Positions 60,009 through 64,000 of a stretch of DNA of 64,000 nt are shown here, piece after piece. Position 1 is the first letter of the stretch; each line of letters starts with the position of its first letter. Origin of the DNA: an uncultured virus (IMG/VR IMGVR_UViG_3300030389_002306) (lineage: Duplodnaviria > Heunggongvirae > Uroviricota > Caudoviricetes). The notes below the pieces were generated by a model. It did no database searches. It saw nothing but the letters and a program-made list of their open reading frames with translations, and was not told the DNA's origin. The DNA lies in the IMG/VR virus record IMGVR_UViG_3300030389_002306, positions 1 through 64,000 of that record. One strand, written 5' to 3'. The position numbers and the translations under genes were made by a program.

Positions 60009-60556
60009 AACCTGAATTATTACAACATCCCAACATTCCAAAACCTTTACACGGTCTTGCCCCAAGAGTAATCAAGGGGCAGGATTGGTGGGATGATACA
60101 AGGCATAAAGCTTATGCGTCTACTAACTATCATTGTGCAGCTTGTGGTGTACATAAATCACAAGCAAAAGAACATCAATGGTTAGAAGCACACGAGGATT
60201 ATGTAATAGATTGGGCTAAAGGTAGCGTAACTATTAATAAAATTGTACCTCTTTGTCATTACTGTCATAACTTTATACACTCTGGTAGACTATGGATGGT
60301 TAATAAATACAATCCAGATAAAATTAAAAGAGTGTTAGAACATGGCATTAAAATATGTGAAGACAATTTTATTAGCGTGCAACACTATACATTAGATTTA
60401 GCAGACGAATATGATGTAGAATATTACTGTGGTGTTTTAAAAGAAAACATAACAGAGTGTGCTGAATGGTCTGAATGGCATCTTATATTAGAAGGTGAAA
60501 AATATTATACACAATATAAAGATATTGAAGAATGGAAAACACATTATAACAATTAA
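60005..60556 (+). CDS. HNH-like endonuclease
   Basis: CAACG...LEAHE...LCHYCHNFIH. Confidence 0.7.
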   Translation: MKPELLQHPNIPKPLHGLAPRVIKGQDWWDDTRHKAYASTNYHCAACGVHKSQAKEHQWLEAHEDYVIDWAKGSVTINKIVPLCHYCHNFIHSGRLWMVNKYNPDKIKRVLEHGIKICEDNFISVQHYTLDLADEYDVEYYCGVLKENITECAEWSEWHLILEGEKYYTQYKDIEEWKTHYNN

Positions 60557-60557
60557 T

Positions 60558-60818
60558 ATGAAAGTAATACAATTAAATGTAAACTGTTCTGAATCCGTAA
60601 ATACGGGTAACTTCGAGTCAGTTAAATGGAACTATGGTGTAGCCATAGAATTAGAAGAAGGTGATAACTACGAGTCTGTAAAGCAGGAGTGGATAAACGA
60701 ATGCGCTAAGACTATAAATAAGTTATCCAAACACACTCGTGGGTTAAAAAAGCTTGAAGCTATAGCCGTCAAAGGCAACCCACAAGTGAATACGTCAATA
60801 GAAATAATAGAAAAATAA
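60558..60818 (+). CDS. Hypothetical protein
   Basis: SVNTGNFESVK; likely start MKVIQ at 60558. Confidence 0.55.
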   Translation: MKVIQLNVNCSESVNTGNFESVKWNYGVAIELEEGDNYESVKQEWINECAKTINKLSKHTRGLKKLEAIAVKGNPQVNTSIEIIEK

Positions 60819-61687
60819 TGACATTAAAAGAAATCTTATCTGCCTCTCAGTTAGACTGGGAGGTGGAAAAGGTTCCATTGTTTTCACAATGTCCTGAGTC
60901 GCATTTTGATATGCATGGCAATTGGTCTGAAAGTGGATACTATGGAATCAGAAGGAAAGATAACCTTGAAATACTTGGTGTATGTACCAAACAATACCAA
61001 GAAACACAGAATGAACAAATAGTAGAACGCGCTATGCAAATTGCTGAAGCTGTTGATAATAACTATACATTCCACAAAGCTTTAGCATTGAATGGTGGTA
61101 AAAAAATATTTGTTCAATTCAAAGTAAATCAATACGATGATGAATATGAAAAATACATTTTTGTTGTAGATTCTAATGATGGTAGTATTGGTTTATCTTA
61201 TGGCATATCTAATACAGTTTTGTCTTGTGCAAATCAGCTGTATTTATTTGCTAGTAAAGGTAAATCAGTTAAACATACTAAAAGTATTAATATCAAAGCT
61301 GATGATATAGCTAGAGATATTTCTGGCAGATTAATACATACAGATAACACAATAAGTTATTTAAGAAATCAACGCATTAGTGATCAGGCAGTTAGAAACA
61401 TTGTTAAAAATGTTATGAAACTACCTGTATATATTGATCAAGTTGAATATGATGACAATAAAGTTGTTTCTAAAAAGACAAAGAATAAAGTAGATAAACT
61501 ACTTGATTGTATTGCAAAAGAAACAACTGAAAAAGGTGACACATTATGGGGTTTACTCAATGGTGTCACATACTATACTAATCACGTAGTTAAAAATATG
61601 GAGCGTGATCCAAATGGTATAGAAAAATTACTATTTAGTAATGCTAATAAAATGAATCAAATAGCTTGGAACTATGTCAATAGTTAA
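60818..61687 (+). CDS. DUF932-family protein
   Basis: LDWEVEK, LGV..Y...QN, GGKKIF, SNDGS, CANQ, TLWGLLNGVTYY. Confidence 0.8.
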   Translation: MTLKEILSASQLDWEVEKVPLFSQCPESHFDMHGNWSESGYYGIRRKDNLEILGVCTKQYQETQNEQIVERAMQIAEAVDNNYTFHKALALNGGKKIFVQFKVNQYDDEYEKYIFVVDSNDGSIGLSYGISNTVLSCANQLYLFASKGKSVKHTKSINIKADDIARDISGRLIHTDNTISYLRNQRISDQAVRNIVKNVMKLPVYIDQVEYDDNKVVSKKTKNKVDKLLDCIAKETTEKGDTLWGLLNGVTYYTNHVVKNMERDPNGIEKLLFSNANKMNQIAWNYVNS

Positions 61688-62972
61688 TTATAATGTCGTT
61701 GAACTGGTAGATTCACCAGTAATAAAAAAGATGAGGTACTACGGCAAGCATTTGCCTGTACCCACAGATACCGATTGCAGATTATTGGTTCTTGAACATT
61801 GTCTACAAAAAGGCGTAAGGGTTATACCTACGCCACTAGACGTGCAGAGAAACAAAATATCTTGGATTGGATTTCAAAATGAAACATACTATCCTGAATC
61901 CATGTTTCGATGGGTTGATCAGGAAGAACATCCTGAACTATGGGGATTAGTGTTTTTACATTTTGAACAAATGCAAGATTGGATAACTGCTGATTTACAA
62001 CAAAAGGTAAGTCTTATGTCTGATAGTAACAGAATGAAATATTTCTTTAACAGACAACCATCTACTCGTTGCGTGTATTCAAATAAACATCCATTTGTAT
62101 ATGGTATAGCAGCATCAAATGCTGAAAAGATTAGTTATTTAACTATACCTAAACTATCTAGTTTTGTGTTACATCAAGCACTAGCTGTTGATCACATACA
62201 TGAAGGTAATATGAAAGAAGAACTACTAGATCCTACTTTACGTAGATCGTTATGTATGATGGCTTCACCATACAAGCTAGTAGAACTTGATGACTTTGCT
62301 GTGAGTAATCACGAAGTAGAATTATTTGCTAATATTCTTGCAATGGATAGTGTAGCAGAATCTTACTATATAGAAATAGAAGATGATGTTAAAAAGTATA
62401 TGCATGCTTCATCATATAGTGAAGAATGGGCTGAGCATGGCGGTAGTTACACAGGCACTTTAGGTGCTGGTTGTATGCGCTATGATCGTTGTCAACCATT
62501 CCTAGACATATATGAAGACTGTGAACATTGCAAGATTCTTGTAATGAAAGATGAAGAAGGTGGTATAGTTGCCCGTGCGTTGCTATGGCAAAATGTCAGC
62601 GTACATCGTAGGGTACGAACTATAAACATTATGGATCGTGTATATACCTTGCGTAATGCTTACGAGCCACTAATGATTCAATGGGCTAAAGATAATGGTT
62701 ACCATTATAAAAAGCAGCAATCGTATAACTCTGCTGTTTTGATAAATCCTACAACAGGAAAGGAAATGCGTGGTCAAGTGCGCATACCTATTGAATGGCC
62801 TGAAGATGGTTATGAAAAATTACCATACATAGACACCTATGCACACATATATCCTGACTTAGGGTTTATGAGTAACTCTGCAAGAGTTAGACCTATTGAT
62901 ACCTCATCAATAAGAAGAATTAACCCTAGATCCACAGATGGATACTATAGAGAAGTAAGAAACTATGCGTAA
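61674..62972 (+). CDS. Conserved-type phage protein (CMRY...ARALLW...MDRVY...PYIDT)
   Basis: Motif pattern; overlaps the start of the peptidase gene. Confidence 0.65.
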   Translation: MSIVNYNVVELVDSPVIKKMRYYGKHLPVPTDTDCRLLVLEHCLQKGVRVIPTPLDVQRNKISWIGFQNETYYPESMFRWVDQEEHPELWGLVFLHFEQMQDWITADLQQKVSLMSDSNRMKYFFNRQPSTRCVYSNKHPFVYGIAASNAEKISYLTIPKLSSFVLHQALAVDHIHEGNMKEELLDPTLRRSLCMMASPYKLVELDDFAVSNHEVELFANILAMDSVAESYYIEIEDDVKKYMHASSYSEEWAEHGGSYTGTLGAGCMRYDRCQPFLDIYEDCEHCKILVMKDEEGGIVARALLWQNVSVHRRVRTINIMDRVYTLRNAYEPLMIQWAKDNGYHYKKQQSYNSAVLINPTTGKEMRGQVRIPIEWPEDGYEKLPYIDTYAHIYPDLGFMSNSARVRPIDTSSIRRINPRSTDGYYREVRNYA

Positions 62973-64000
62973 AACTTGGAATATGTCTGAAGAAACTATG
63001 ATAGACAATCTTGAACAAACTTTGGAAATACAAAGTGTTTCAGGAAACGAAGATAAAATGAACACATTTATCATAGAACAAATTAAATATGTTAATGAAC
63101 ATATAAAAGATGTAACTATTGTTACAGAACAGCAAGCTGGAGGTACAAACATATATGTTACCAAAGGCAAAGCTGATGTATATCCATGTGTGGTTGCACA
63201 CACAGATACTGTGCATGATTTTGTAAAAGGCTACTGTGTTCGTAGACTTTATGGCAACTTTTATGCTATGGATTATAAGAAAATGGAACAAGTAGGTGTA
63301 GGTGGTGATGATAAAGTCGGCATCTGGGCAGCACTTGAATGTATTAACAAGTTTGATAATATTAAAGCAGCATTCTTTCATTCAGAAGAAAGAGGTTGTG
63401 TTGGCTCTAAGGCTGCCACACCTGAGTTCTTTCAAGATGTAGGCTACATATTGCAAACAGACAGACGTGGTAATGATGACTTTGTTACCAAGATAGGTGG
63501 TGTAAACCTTATGTCTAAGAAGTTCAAGAAGGCTGTAAAGCCACTACTTGATAAACACGGATTTAAGTTCCAAGATAATGGTGGTCTAACCGATGTTAAG
63601 GCACTTAAACCTATATCAAACGTATCTGTCACTAATATATCTAGTGGCTATTACAAACCACATAGCGATCAAGAATATGTAAACATTGAAGACGCTATGA
63701 ATACATTAAGTTTAATGATGGGAATCATTGAAAAACTTGGTGAAACAAAGTATGAACATCAATACCAAGAACCTGTATATTCTTATGGTGATATAAGCTA
63801 CGGAGGATACAATGTTTATGGACAGCGTTCGCTTTTTCCAAAAAGTTCCAACGATATTATCGAAGACGTTGGAACAAAACAAGAAAAAATCTTCGATGAT
63901 ATAACAGAACATTTGTCACATGTAGATTGGCATACTAATCTGTTGAAAGATGATTGGGGGTATATGTATCCTGTTTACAGTAGTACATTCCCTCATGATA
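62965..64000 (+). CDS. M28/M20-family zinc peptidase (3' truncated; not in the ORF track)
   Basis: Manual translation gives VAHTDTVH, GGDDKVG, SEERGCVGS, QTDRRG, LTDV, GYYKPHSDQE. Confidence 0.85.
   Translation, partial: MRKTWNMSEETMIDNLEQTLEIQSVSGNEDKMNTFIIEQIKYVNEHIKDVTIVTEQQAGGTNIYVTKGKADVYPCVVAHTDTVHDFVKGYCVRRLYGNFYAMDYKKMEQVGVGGDDKVGIWAALECINKFDNIKAAFFHSEERGCVGSKAATPEFFQDVGYILQTDRRGNDDFVTKIGGVNLMSKKFKKAVKPLLDKHGFKFQDNGGLTDVKALKPISNVSVTNISSGYYKPHSDQEYVNIEDAMNTLSLMMGIIEKLGETKYEHQYQEPVYSYGDISYGGYNVYGQRSLFPKSSNDIIEDVGTKQEKIFDDITEHLSHVDWHTNLLKDDWGYMYPVYSSTFPHD

Noticed and set aside
62907..63912. Minus-strand ORFs at the window end
   Set aside because: They are antisense to the plus-strand peptidase starting at 62965
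1..64000. Stop-codon reassignment as in some gut crAss-like phages
   Set aside because: Long genes are intact under code 11, TAG and TGA end genes at tight junctions, and no suppressor tRNA is visible

Overview
This 64 kb window is most of the genome of an AT-rich crAss-like (Crassvirales-type) podovirus, probably infecting an aquatic Bacteroidota host. It uses genetic code 11 and has three 10-N scaffold gaps. There are three blocks. (1) 1-4582 (+) is the end of a replication/recombination module: DnaB, HU-like, Sak/Rad52-like, SSB-like, RusA-like, DnaA-domain-IV-like and DUF1599-like genes. (2) 4575-55963 (-) is a long late region: terminase, portal, scaffold-like, major capsid, ring/tail-tube and tail-stabilization genes, virion-ejected proteins including a gap-split giant virion RNA polymerase of about 3,700 aa, lysis genes and many small accessory genes. 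(3) 56153-64000 (+) holds small early-type genes, an HNH-like gene, a DUF932-like gene and an M28/M20 peptidase that runs off the end. Four observations stand out. First, a phage-encoded envelope module: a putative outer-membrane beta-barrel, a CxxC-less exported thioredoxin fold and a disulfide-repeat protein with a T9SS sorting domain. Second, four unrelated small basic proteins share a C-terminal QH[D/N] tag and phi-x-x-G-G/AAHGM motifs. Third, six host-type TAnnTTTG promoters sit 4-5 nt from an ATG, implying leaderless late mRNAs. Fourth, the early/late junction carries several structured elements, including a minimal tRNA-like element. All family calls come from motif recognition by eye; no searches were run.
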